From positions 95,604,001-95,668,000 of the forward strand of contig OX597818.1 in assembly GCA_951406725.2 (NCBI GenBank): DNA of 64,000 nucleotides, read 5' to 3'. Shown piece by piece: positions 1 to 9,980 of this stretch. The first letter of the stretch is position 1. Every line of letters begins with the position of its first letter. Origin of the DNA: Octopus vulgaris. Lineage: Eukaryota. The position numbers were made by a program, and so were the translations under genes. Below the pieces are notes generated by a model. The model was not told the DNA's origin. It saw only the letters and a list, made by a program, of their open reading frames with translations, and made no database searches.

Positions 1-360
1 GGAAAGTCATCCAGCTGTAGAAACTCTGCTAGATCAGATTGGAGTCTGGTGCAGCCTTCTGGTTCACCAGACCTCAGTCAAATCGTCCAACCCATGCTAG
101 CATGGAAAGCGGATGTTAAACAATGATGATGATGATGATGAATCTAATATCTATTAACTTCTTCATTAATTTCTTTGGTTTTCTAATTCTTTGAGGAGAA
201 TTACATCCCAAATCTTCATCGCAAGAGCTATCTATATCTCAAAATAGTAAAGAATTACAACAGTTGTTTGGGTTCTTTGCATTATAAGCAAATGGCTCTC
301 TTCTGACTGTTCAATAATTAGTCATTAGTGATGCAATATTCTGACTATCTAAGGATGATA

Positions 361-583
361 TAATCCTTTAGCATTTAAACTGGCCATACCTGACCCAAAT
401 AGTCTACCAGTTGCATGTTCGAATTGGCCAGATGCAGCCTCTCTCACCTACCCAACAATGTTATTCTAGAAATAAACAATTGTATCAAAATTTTGAAGCT
501 GTAAGATAATGCATGATTAATTCAAAACAGTGTGAATAAATAAGCATTACATTTGACAGAATAATTTGAATGCAAAAAGGATA
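361..583. mobile_element. piggyBac-like non-autonomous MITE, decayed; inverted copy of the element at 5194-5410
   Basis: Ends taatcctttagcattt / aatgcaaaaaggataa. The interior is the reverse complement of 5194-5410. Confidence 0.55.
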
Positions 584-1267
584 AAGTGTATCAATTCTGT
601 CAAAATAATTGACTGGGTGGATGTAGGTGCTATTAATAATGATGTGTCTGTTATCATTAAAATAGAGGTTATTAATGAAATTATTGGTGTAACATTATCA
701 CAAGGTTCCTAGACCTGTGGCATTTTTCTCAAGGTCTGGAAAAACTTTTACCGTATGAAAACATCATAACATATACCATGAACACCATCTTCCACCACCA
801 TCTTTATGTGAAAAAACATCACAATGACCACAACCAACAGTTGGAGAGTTGCTGCTGCTGCTAACCTAATGCCAAGCAGTTTAAAATAAAATAATGAGAT
901 CACTGTAACTACACATTTCTTGGACTACTTCCTACTGAAGATAGGTGTTTGTGCCCAAAATATAAAGGTCTTTTGTAAAACTTTCTGCATGGTTAGAAGC
1001 TTTTTTTTTATTTCTCTATGCTTGGATTTTCTACTTCTGGACTACAATGCTTCAAGCAAACTGCAATGCTTCAAATGAACTACAACACTCTTATTCTCTT
1101 ACCATATTGTCAAAAGAGCTTACACAGTTATAGAACTTGAGAAAAGTAAACATTTCTCAATTTTGTGACAGATGAAAGGTGCACTGTGTTTGACAATAAA
1201 AACTATAGAAAAATTTTATTATAGTGAAAAAATCCTTCACTAGCAAATCAAAATTTCTCTTCTTTTA

Positions 1268-2814
1268 TCTCTCTATATATAAAACTGAGAATGTGTGTCT
1301 GTCTGTCTGTCTGTATGTTTCCCTAAAACTTGAGAACTACACAACCAATTTCATTCAAATTTTACACATGCCTTACTTAGGGTCCATGTAGTTTCATGGG
1401 CAAAAAAAATGTTGAACTTCTTAGCAATATCATATCTTCTCCACTATTTCAGTATTACGTGTTAAAAGTGAAACAAAAATATTTCTCTATTTTATGTCAG
1501 ATGCTTTCACTTTAACAATAAAAATAATAATAACAATTGAATTATATGTAGTAAGTAATAATTAAAATCAAACTAAAGTATAATATTATCGTAACATAAC
1601 AAAAGTAAAAATAGCAATTGGTATAAAATTGCATCAATGACTTGAACTTGAATCAGTAGTTTCACATGAATGGGAATAAATAAAAAATAAAATTTAAGTG
1701 CAGAAATGGAATAGTCCAGATGGAGGTGTGCACGGCTTTTACATTAAATTATTTGCTAATTAGCTAGCATTAAGTATCTATATGAAGTTTGGCTGTATGT
1801 AATGTCTGTTTTCTCGAAAGATGCTTCTACTGAGTACCACTGTTGGTTTATTTCTGATCCATAAAGGCCTATAGCTTCAACAGAGTACTGCTTTTTGGTT
1901 TACCGTAAGGTTTGTTGTTATTATTATTTCTGTTTAACTATTGTTATCACGTTTGTTGGTTTCTCGTAAGGGAAGCGTTGTTGTGTTGTATTTGTTAAAT
2001 AATTGTAAACCGTACCCCCCCCCCCTTTGGTTATTGTTTAAAAATTGAATTGTGTCCCTGTTTGGGGAAATTGACAATATTTTCACCGTTTACACGGAAG
2101 CATTTTTGTTAAAATGTCTTCGATAGAAGAAAGTCCAAAAATGAATTTCGCTGCAGCCGTCGGCGGGCGGCGACTCATTAAAATTAAAATGGAAGAAATA
2201 CAAACCTATTTCGGATTGATCACCGACAAAGATGGTGAATCTAGGATAACACCACCAAACGAAATAAAAAATTAAATTAAAGAAAAGACTATTGCCTATA
2301 AAGTATACAATGTAGAGAAAAAAAACGATTTGAACGCCTGGAGGAAAGCACCATTGAAAAGTGTCTTGGTGCGACTATGAAAGATATCAAGTATCTAACC
2401 AGAGGCGGTAAATTCGCCACAATAGAAGCAAGATTCGAGTCAACAGAGCATGCAAGGGAGAACTTGACTCGAACCTTGCAAAGTGGAAATATTTTATTTT
2501 TACCTTTATATCTGGGACGTAGGATGTCCCGGATAAAAATTTTAAATGCCCCCCCCCCCCCCGAAGTAGAGGTAGGCTGGATTGTAGCCACACTTCTATA
2601 CAAGAGGGAGGACAAGATACAATTGATCGAAATTGCAAGAGACGGGCCTACAATTCCAGTCTGTTATATATTTTGAGTATTGTTATCACTAGCGATATCA
2701 AGATATAAATTTGTATTTTATGTGTAGATGTATATATATATAGATGTACATGTAATATGTAAACATATATATGCACTAGCACTATGACCCGGCAACGCCG
2801 GGTCATAATGCTAG
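1268..2814 (+). mobile_element. Non-autonomous Helitron
   Basis: Inserted at A|T with no TSD. 5' end TC..TATATATAAAA..(TGTC)n. 3' hairpin TATGACCCGGC-AAC-GCCGGGTCATA (2783-2807) followed by terminal CTAG (2811-2814) and then T. Gypsy homology resumes on both sides. Confidence 0.85.
2114..2660 (+). pseudogene. Fragment resembling a non-LTR retrotransposon ORF1 (L1/Tx1-like N-terminus), inside the Helitron
   Basis: MSSIEESPKMNFAAAVGG...*...MKDIKYLTRGGKFATIEARF...LGRRMSRIKILNAPPPPEVEVGWIVATL, with one stop and one frameshift. The FAAAV and RIKILNAPPEV-type motifs resemble L1/Tx1 ORF1. CpG-rich relative to the flanks. Confidence 0.5.
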
Positions 2815-4513
2815 TACTCTATAAACTAAAGACTTGGTTTGGAGAATCTTTCAACTCATCTCATTCTATTACTTCAACAATTATAAATGTAGAATTATTG
2901 TAGTATATCCTGGTATAAGAAAATTTTTTTCATTTTTTAAAAGTATATAACTTACTGTATTCCATTGAAAAAGTTCAGTGAGTTCGCACCAATTGTAATG
3001 TAATAAAATGAAGCTGTTTCTATAAAAGCTATTATCCTTTTGAATGTTTGTAGAATTTAAGAGATGTCTTCCTCACTCTAATAATTTTAATCTATTTTTA
3101 TGTATTATGACTGGTGAATTTTCTCACCTTTCATTCACTCCCTCCCTGCTGAGATACAAGTATTCCCATTGTTAGAAAATGTCTAATTCAGCTCTTCTTT
3201 AGTTTTGGAATGGTGGGGACCCCTTAATGTCTGTTGAATTGAATCAGTTCCTAAATAGTTATGAGATTTCTGCAATTTATGTGATTCCATATAATTCCTT
3301 ATGAAATTTGCAGTATGAAAAGTATACTGTGATTGTTTGAAATTATATAGAGTTAGCTCTTATAAAAAAAAAGCATTAAACATTTCACAGTGAAAGACGG
3401 TGTTACTGCATTCTCTACATTTTATACAACTGTTGCTATGCACAGTTATCAATGAGACACTTCATGAAAAGCTCTTCTCATTTTCTAGATAAACACTCCT
3501 CAATTAGCTTTCTGCATATGGTCCAGTTTATTTGTGGCATCATGTATGTTATTCAACATTTGAATTACTAGTGGAACCTGTTGAACTCCTAGAGGCTATT
3601 CCATATTATGCTCATGTCACATTCATAAATGATGAAGAAGATACAATTTCTATAAGAATTTTAGTTCCCTGTGGATATGACAGACATCAAACTATTTTAG
3701 TTTCTCACAACACAAAGCCTATTCAAACCAAAGCAGTAAATAAGTCAGCTGTGGTTCAAAAAGATCATGAAATAGATAGAATTATTCCCCTACCAGTACA
3801 CCTGTGTCTACATCAAATGTCCTTAGTCCTGTTTTAAAGAATTCCAGGTATATATCATTTCACAGATCACCTGGTTGAGCATTTAAAGTTATAAATTCTG
3901 TTGTTAATAAATTGGGGTTATAATTTTTTTCATTGGTTGCAAAATATCACTTTTATAATCGATAACAATGTGTAGTTGAAAGTTTGAGTTGTTTGTTACT
4001 ATAATTGTTTAGAATAAAAATAATGAAATAATATCCCTGTGTGTTTGATAAATGGCGCTAAAGAGTGTATAATGTGTGTTTTATTATACATACATATAGT
4101 CCAATCTATGCCTGCATGGAAAACAGATGTTAAATGATTAAATGATGATACATAAATAATAACTATTTATTAAATGGAGGAAACTGTTATGTTGAGAGCT
4201 GCTTATCTTTAAAAATAGTTATGCCTCTTGTATATACTTCTAATATTATGCTAGCAGATGGTCTCTTTCAACTTAGAGAATTATTTCTGGGATTTTCTTT
4301 ATCATAACAATTAGTGCCTCTAAATTATATAATAAGTAGTTTTAAATTATCTACTTTGTACCTAAATATTATCCAACTGCTTCAGTATTATATCTTTTAC
4401 TTCTCATATAAAATTCTTTCTGTTTGTGACTCTATATTTACTTATATTAGTGAAAATTTATATTCCTTTAGATTAATAAAAACCCTTACATTCTTACATT
4501 GCTGAAAACTTCC

Positions 4514-4737
4514 GTGAGCTGGCAAAATCGTTAGCACGCCGGGCGAAATGCCTAGTGGTATTTCGTCTGCCGTTACGTTCTGAGTTCAAATTCTGCCGAG
4601 GTCGACTTTGCCTTTCATCCTTTCGGGGTCGATTAAATAAGTACCAGTTACGTACTGGGGTCGATATAATCGACTTGATCCCCTTGTGTGTCCTTGTTTG
4701 TCCCCTCTATGTTTAGCCCCCTGTGGGCAATAAAGAA
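4514..4737 (+). mobile_element. SINE with a Meta-domain-like core, young copy
   Basis: gagctggcaaaatcgttagcacgccgggcgaaatg...gagttcaaatt (B-box-like)...gcctttcatcctttcggggtcgattaaataagtaccag. Related copies at ~7060-7210, 20318-20510, 21227-21420, 29460-29810, 32548-32760, 41100-41330(-), 52520-52740(-), 55180-55320(-), 59930-60120. Confidence 0.75.
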
Positions 4738-5193
4738 ATATATATTAGCAAAACTTAATAATCCCTTACCCTTGTGGAATTCCCTCTTCCTTTATATTAA
4801 TTGAATTCCCTATTCCCTCTACAGGAAATGTCTTATACTTAATTGTTGTATTTGGATTGCAAGATTCTTGATGTGAACCTCTGTGTTGGAGCAGGTTTTG
4901 TTGTATCTTGGGAGGGTCATTATGCCAATAATAAATGCATATACTGGTTTTATTTTTCTTATATTAGTCAACTAGTTAATATTTCAGTTCTATATTTAAG
5001 CAATGAGGAATTATGTACATTATTTACAATTGACGGATATTTGTCCTCATCTTGTTTGCTAATATTTAACCAATTAACTAATCAGTCTGCAAGATTTGTT
5101 GAAGTCCTTTTGTCACCATTCATGACCTCATCAGTGACATAGTGAAATTTCTGCTCCATTATATTAATGAAACTTCTTACTCCCTTACATTAC

Positions 5194-5410
5194 TTAACCC
5201 TTTAACATTCACATTACTCTGTGAAATGTAATGCTTATTTATCCACATTGTTTTGAATTAATCGTGGATTATCTTGTAGCTTTGGGGTCTTGATGATATG
5301 AATGTTTATTGTTACAATGACATTGTAGAGTAAGCCTGAGGGGCTGGGTCCAGCTGGTTTGAACATAATATTTGGGCTGGATATGGTCAGTTTAAATGCT
5401 GAAGGTTTAA
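5194..5410. mobile_element. piggyBac-like MITE
   Basis: TTAA-CCCTTTAACATT ... AATGCTGAAGGT-TTAA: TTAA flanks with imperfect TIRs. Confidence 0.6.
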
Positions 5411-5497
5411 ACTCCCTACCTTTTAGCATTCATGAAAGTCTATATACCCTTGTATGTTAATCAAAATGTTTTATTATTTGTATCTTTTTTCTTGTAG

Positions 5498-5732
5498 TTT
5501 CTACCAGAACATGTAGGTTGTTGCTCGGAGCCTTTGGAACATGATGTTGTTATTGGAACAATACCTTACGCAGGTGTCTCTGTACCACAATCAGAAGTCA
5601 ATGCTGCACATGATGCTTTACAAGATGCTGCAACAAATTTACCTCCACCACCATCTCAGTCAGTTGTCAGCATCCAACCTGGTCGTTTGCCTCCACCTCC
5701 ACCAGGTTTCATTATAGATCTTCCCTCCGAGG
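5498..5732 (+). CDS. Alpha-arrestin (arrestin domain-containing protein), penultimate coding exon
   Basis: Acceptor ttgtag|TTT, donor G|gtaatg. Reads FLPEHVGCCSEPLEHDVVIGTIPY...LPPPPPGFIIDLPSE. VIGTIP is the end-of-arrestin-C motif of ARRDC/TXNIP proteins. Upstream exons lie outside the window. Confidence 0.8.
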
Positions 5733-6479
5733 GTAATGTGGCACTTGTTTATTCACTTTTGTCTGTTTGTAAATTCATTGTGGAATCTAAGACTCTTATC
5801 TGTGATTAACATCATCATCATCTCTTAATATCTGTTTCCCATGCTGGTTTGGGTTGAACGGTTTGATAAGAACCAGGTTTTTACAGCTGGATGCCCTTCC
5901 TAACACCAACGACCTTACCAACTGTAAGCATTTTCATTGTGAGCTTTTCTTCCAACATCTCTACATCTTTCTTGTATCACTTCATTGTTGTGTGGTCAAA
6001 AAACCAGCTCTGATTGAACATCCTATAACACACATTTTCCCATATTTTCTGGCATACAACTTGACATTGTATATAGTGTAGATATGTAGTGTAAACATTC
6101 AAACATTATCACTATCATTCCAAATCATGTTGCATTTCACATGGAACTTTTGAGCCTCCAAAGTTGTCTTGGTGTATAAGTTGACCTGGGTTTTTTTACT
6201 GTAAATCTTGGCCTGAAAAATTTGACAGTAATCAGTCAGTCAAAAGACCAGGTGCAACACAAATCTGTTATTTCAATTATACCAATCTACCTGTATTAGC
6301 TCATGTTTCTCTCTTACTTGTTGCATCTTATTCTTCTCTCTGTTATTTTTAGCAAGCCCTGTGACTATGGGGAGGCTCCTTTATTGTCTTCATTAGAGAC
6401 AGTATATGTAAGATATGATTTTGTTAGCCTTGTTATAAGAATTATCATGAAGATGGCCGTGTGGGTTAGGTAAAAATCT

Positions 6480-6800
6480 GGTACTCTGTTGGTTATAACG
6501 ACAAGGGTTCCAGTTGATCTGACCAATGGAACAGCCTGCTCAGGAAATTAATATGCAAGTGGTTGAGCACATGACAGACATGCATGGCCTTAATGTAGTT
6601 CTCACAGAGATTCAGCATGATAGAATGTGACAAGGCTGGCCCTTCAAATTACAGGTACTGCTCGTTTTTGCGAATTGAGTGGACTGCAGTAATGTAAAAT
6701 AAAGTGTCTTGTTCAAGGACACATGAGTGGCTGGGAATCGAGCACATGACCTCATGATCATGAGCCAAATACCCTAACTACCAAGCCATGCACCTTTACT
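6480..6800 (-). mobile_element. tRNA-head SINE; second copy at 58530-58823
   Basis: About 300 bp similar to 58530-58823. On the - strand it has A-box-like (tggcttggtagttagg) and B-box-like (ctcgattccc) motifs. Confidence 0.6.
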
Positions 6801-7906
6801 ATGGATTAGGTATTGAGCTTGCAAATTAAAGAACACTATATTCTACCTTACTGCAGTTTATCTAGTCATTAGAAATAAGCAGCAGATTGTCTGGAAGTGT
6901 TAGCTGCAATAGACAGGTGCTTTGTTCAAGGAGAAAGAGTCAGCTTTCATTGGTTCATGTCAAAACTGGAGGAAAGTACCATCTTGTCTGAAGCCTAAGT
7001 GGCAAGTATTACAAGACATAATGGCATAATCATTAAAGCTTCAACAAAAAAAATGCTGTGGTATTTGTTTCTGTTCATTATGCTCTGAGTTCAAACTTCA
7101 CAAGTTCAACTCTGTTTTTCATCCTTTTGGGGGTTGATAAAACACAGTACTAGTCAAGTATTGGTGTTGATGGTATTAACTAATTTGCTCCCCTCAAAAT
7201 TTTACCTAAATTAGAAACCAATTTTAGTTATGTGTACCAAAAATACACATGTAATCTGTTTACCTTTTTTGTCTTTTACGTTTTACTCATAGGCTTGTGA
7301 CCCTGCTGGGATACTGCCTTGAAAGGTCTATAAGTTCAGTACTTATTTTTAAGCCTGGTACTTATTATATCAGTATCTTTTATGGAACCACTAAGTTACA
7401 GGGATGTAAACAAACCAACACCAGTTGTCAAGTAGTAGTGGTTTACAAACACATTCACTCATTCATTCATTCATTGTATAACCAGACTATCAGATGTTAT
7501 ATACTGCTGATAATAAAGCACTTCCAATTCTTTCTTAATTGTGCCCTTCTTTTCAACCTTGGCCTAAATTGTTGAACTAAATTGTTTTCCTATTATTGTG
7601 GACACCTTCTGAATGGCTTTCTCCAATCTTTTGGATACCATTTGGCAACTTCAAAAGTCCACCTGTTGTCTGTGAACATTCTGGCATGTTTGGCCCAGTG
7701 GAACTTATGCTCTCAGTTTTCTGTGATCACATCATTCACTACTCCTTTTCCAAATCACCTCATTTTAGATATGTTCTTGCAAGATATTCCTAAAATGGAT
7801 CTTTCTAAAGCCCTTTGTGTTGTTGCCATCAATATTCTTCCATCTTCTTAATATCCTACGTCACACTTGCATATATGAGTTTCAATTGAGAAGGGAGTCA
7901 AGCAAA

Positions 7907-8337
7907 GATATATATATATATATGGAAAAAAAAAAGTCAAGGTAGAAAGTGCTAAAATAATTTTATAAAAAACATTTCAGTACTGGTTTCAGTCATTGAA
8001 ACTTTTTCAACTGTGAGTATGGAAAACAATTAAATTTTGGAAAACTTAAAAGAAAAGTTTTTAAAAGAATATTTGCATAGTGTTCAAATACAGGTGGCAT
8101 TTTCCTTGTTTCTGCCTGTTTCTAACTCTCTTGTTCAGGCAAAAACAAGGAAAATGCCACCTGTATTTGAACACTATGCAAATATTCTTTTAAAAACTTT
8201 TCTTTTAAGTTTTCCAAAATTTAATTGTTTTCCATACTCACAGTTGAAAAAGTCTCAATGACTGAAACTGGTACTGATATGTTTTTTATAAAATTATTTT
8301 AGCATTTTCTACCTTGACTTTTTTTCCCATATATATC
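7907..8337. repeat. Long inverted repeat (about 205-bp arms, 17-nt loop) derived from a Penelope-like pLTR, each arm with a hammerhead motif
   Basis: 7907-8118 is the near-perfect reverse complement of 8136-8337. The ORF track shows a self-complementary reading here. Confidence 0.9.
8241..8276 (+). ncRNA. Minimal type-I hammerhead ribozyme variant (U3-A8 core)
   Basis: cag-TTGAAAA-agtc-tcaat-gact-GAAA-ctgg-TA-ctg: stem I cag/ctg, stem II agtc/gact, short stem III, GUA triplet. A mirror copy lies on the - strand at ~7978-8013. Confidence 0.6.
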
Positions 8338-8789
8338 AACTCGTGTGTTCCTTTTCAACCTACACACACACACACACACATATATAGGTGCAGGTGAGGC
8401 TGTGTGGGAAGAAATTTGGTTCATGACCTCATGGTTCTGGGTTCATTCTCATTGTGTAGCACCTTGGCTAATTGTCTTCTACTGTAGCTTCTGGTCTGCC
8501 AAAGCCTTCTGAGTGGATTTGGCAGGCAGAAACTGAAAGAAGCCCATTGTATGTATGTATATATATATATATATATATGAGAGGCTTCTACACAGTTTCT
8601 GTCTAAATTCTCTCACAAGGCTTAGAGTTATACTAGAAGATACTTGCCCAAGTTACCAAGCAGTGGGACTGAACCCTAAACCTTGTGGTTTTGTAAAGCA
8701 AGCTTTTTAGCCACACAGCTATGCTTGTGCCTATATAGGCTTTATTTTTTCTTATGTAACTTAAAAGTTATTTTGCTATTTCATTACAG

Positions 8790-9061
8790 ACCCTCCGTCC
8801 TACACAGAATGTCTCTTGCAAGATCTGGCTGCAGCACGAGCCTCAGCTTCACAGAACATACAAAAGGAGAAAATGGAATTAGGTACTGTACCTTCAGAGA
8901 AGCCACCAATCTCTTCTTACACACCCAGTTTCCCTACTGATGATGAACTGACTGGATTGATGAATCATTCAAGCCGTACTACCACCATCACCACCACCAC
9001 CACCAATACAAACGTTAACATTAATTCAACCACAGCCGACAGTGACTTTGATCATATTTAA
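8790..9061 (+). CDS. Alpha-arrestin, last coding exon (PPxY tail)
   Basis: Acceptor cattacag|AC joins the phase-1 G to give EDPPSYTECLLQDLAAA...DFDHI*. PPSY is the NEDD4/WW-binding motif typical of alpha-arrestins. Confidence 0.8.
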
Positions 9062-9104
9062 TAACAAGCACTAAATCCATATACTCCACTGTATCTCTGA
9101 TCAG

Positions 9105-9146
<42 letters not shown>

Positions 9147-9980
9147 AAAGTGAGCTCTTGATAACCTTGTTTCCACTACTAATACAAGCATTAATGACAG
9201 TTCAAGAAATTTTGACTGTTTTTAATTATATGGGCTAATAATAATAACTAATACTAAATGAATTTCCATCCTATCTTTGATCTGAGTAAGAGAGCGAAAG
9301 GTAACCCATAATAACTTAGTTAACTCCACCAGTATAACCATTAACAACAACTTAACCACTGTTCACAGTGGTTTCAATAATATGGTTTAATAATACTAAC
9401 TAACACTAAATTCATTAGTTCCCATCTTACCTCTGATCTGAGAGAGTGAGAGAGCAAAAAAGAACTAACGATAACTTTGTTACCATCACTAGTATAAGTA
9501 TTAATGACAATTTAACCAGTGCTGACAATAATTTCAGTAATATGCATTAATAATAATATCTAATGTTAAATTCATTAATTCATTCTGTATCTCTGATCAG
9601 AGAGGGAGGGAGAAAGAGTGAAAGAGAGCCCCTAATAACTTAGTTACCACTACTTAAAATATAACTGACTCTTCAACACTGTGCAGTTAGTTTTTTCATT
9701 AATATGGATTAATTATAACTAGTGCTAAATTGATTAACCCCTATCTTATCTCTGATCAGAGAGAGAGAGAGAGAGAGAGTGAAAGAGAGCCCTCAAATAG
9801 CTTTGTTACCACTATTAATACAGATATTAATGACAATTGAATAAATTTTGACAGTTTTCATTAATATGGATTGATAATAACTAGCACTAAATTCATTCAG
9901 TCCCACTGTATCTCAGATCAGAGAGAGGGAGAGAGAGAAAAAGAAAGAAAAAGTGCAAAGGAGTGTCCTCAATAATTTTG
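9000..9980 (+). repeat. Diverged tandem repeat, about 6 units of 150-180 bp, spanning the arrestin stop codon and 3' UTR
   Basis: Recurring actaaattcatt...tatctctgatcag(ag)n...gaaagagagccc..ataacttwgttaccact..aatac..attaatgac..aatatgg..taataa units starting near 9070, 9253, 9405, 9563, 9724 and 9886. Confidence 0.85.

Larger units (their letters stand above)
190..3837 (+). mobile_element. Decayed Ty3/Gypsy LTR-retrotransposon pol relic (RT-RNaseH-integrase fragments), interrupted by later insertions
   Basis: Manual translation gives collinear pol motifs: KELQQLFGFF (~249-278), RPVAFFSRS (711-737, RNase H), VTDERCTVFDNKNYRK (~1165-1212), FKRCLPHSNNFNLFLCIMTGEFS (~3056-3125, integrase first-D region), CLIQLFFSFGM (~3180-3212), LLCTVINETLHEKLFSFSR (~3433-3489) and GPVYLWHHV..LVEPVELLEAIPYYAHVTF..EDTISIRILVPCG (ORF 3532-3837, integrase C-terminus). 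Many stops and frameshifts. Confidence 0.8.

Noticed and set aside
3532-3837. ORF as a possible exon of the arrestin gene
   Set aside because: It is flanked by in-frame stops, has no compatible donor, and continues the upstream Gypsy integrase motifs.
9590-9790. CTGATCA...GAAA in the UTR repeat as a hammerhead
   Set aside because: C3 and C8 cannot pair, the purine-only spacer cannot form stem II, and there is no stem III or UH triplet.
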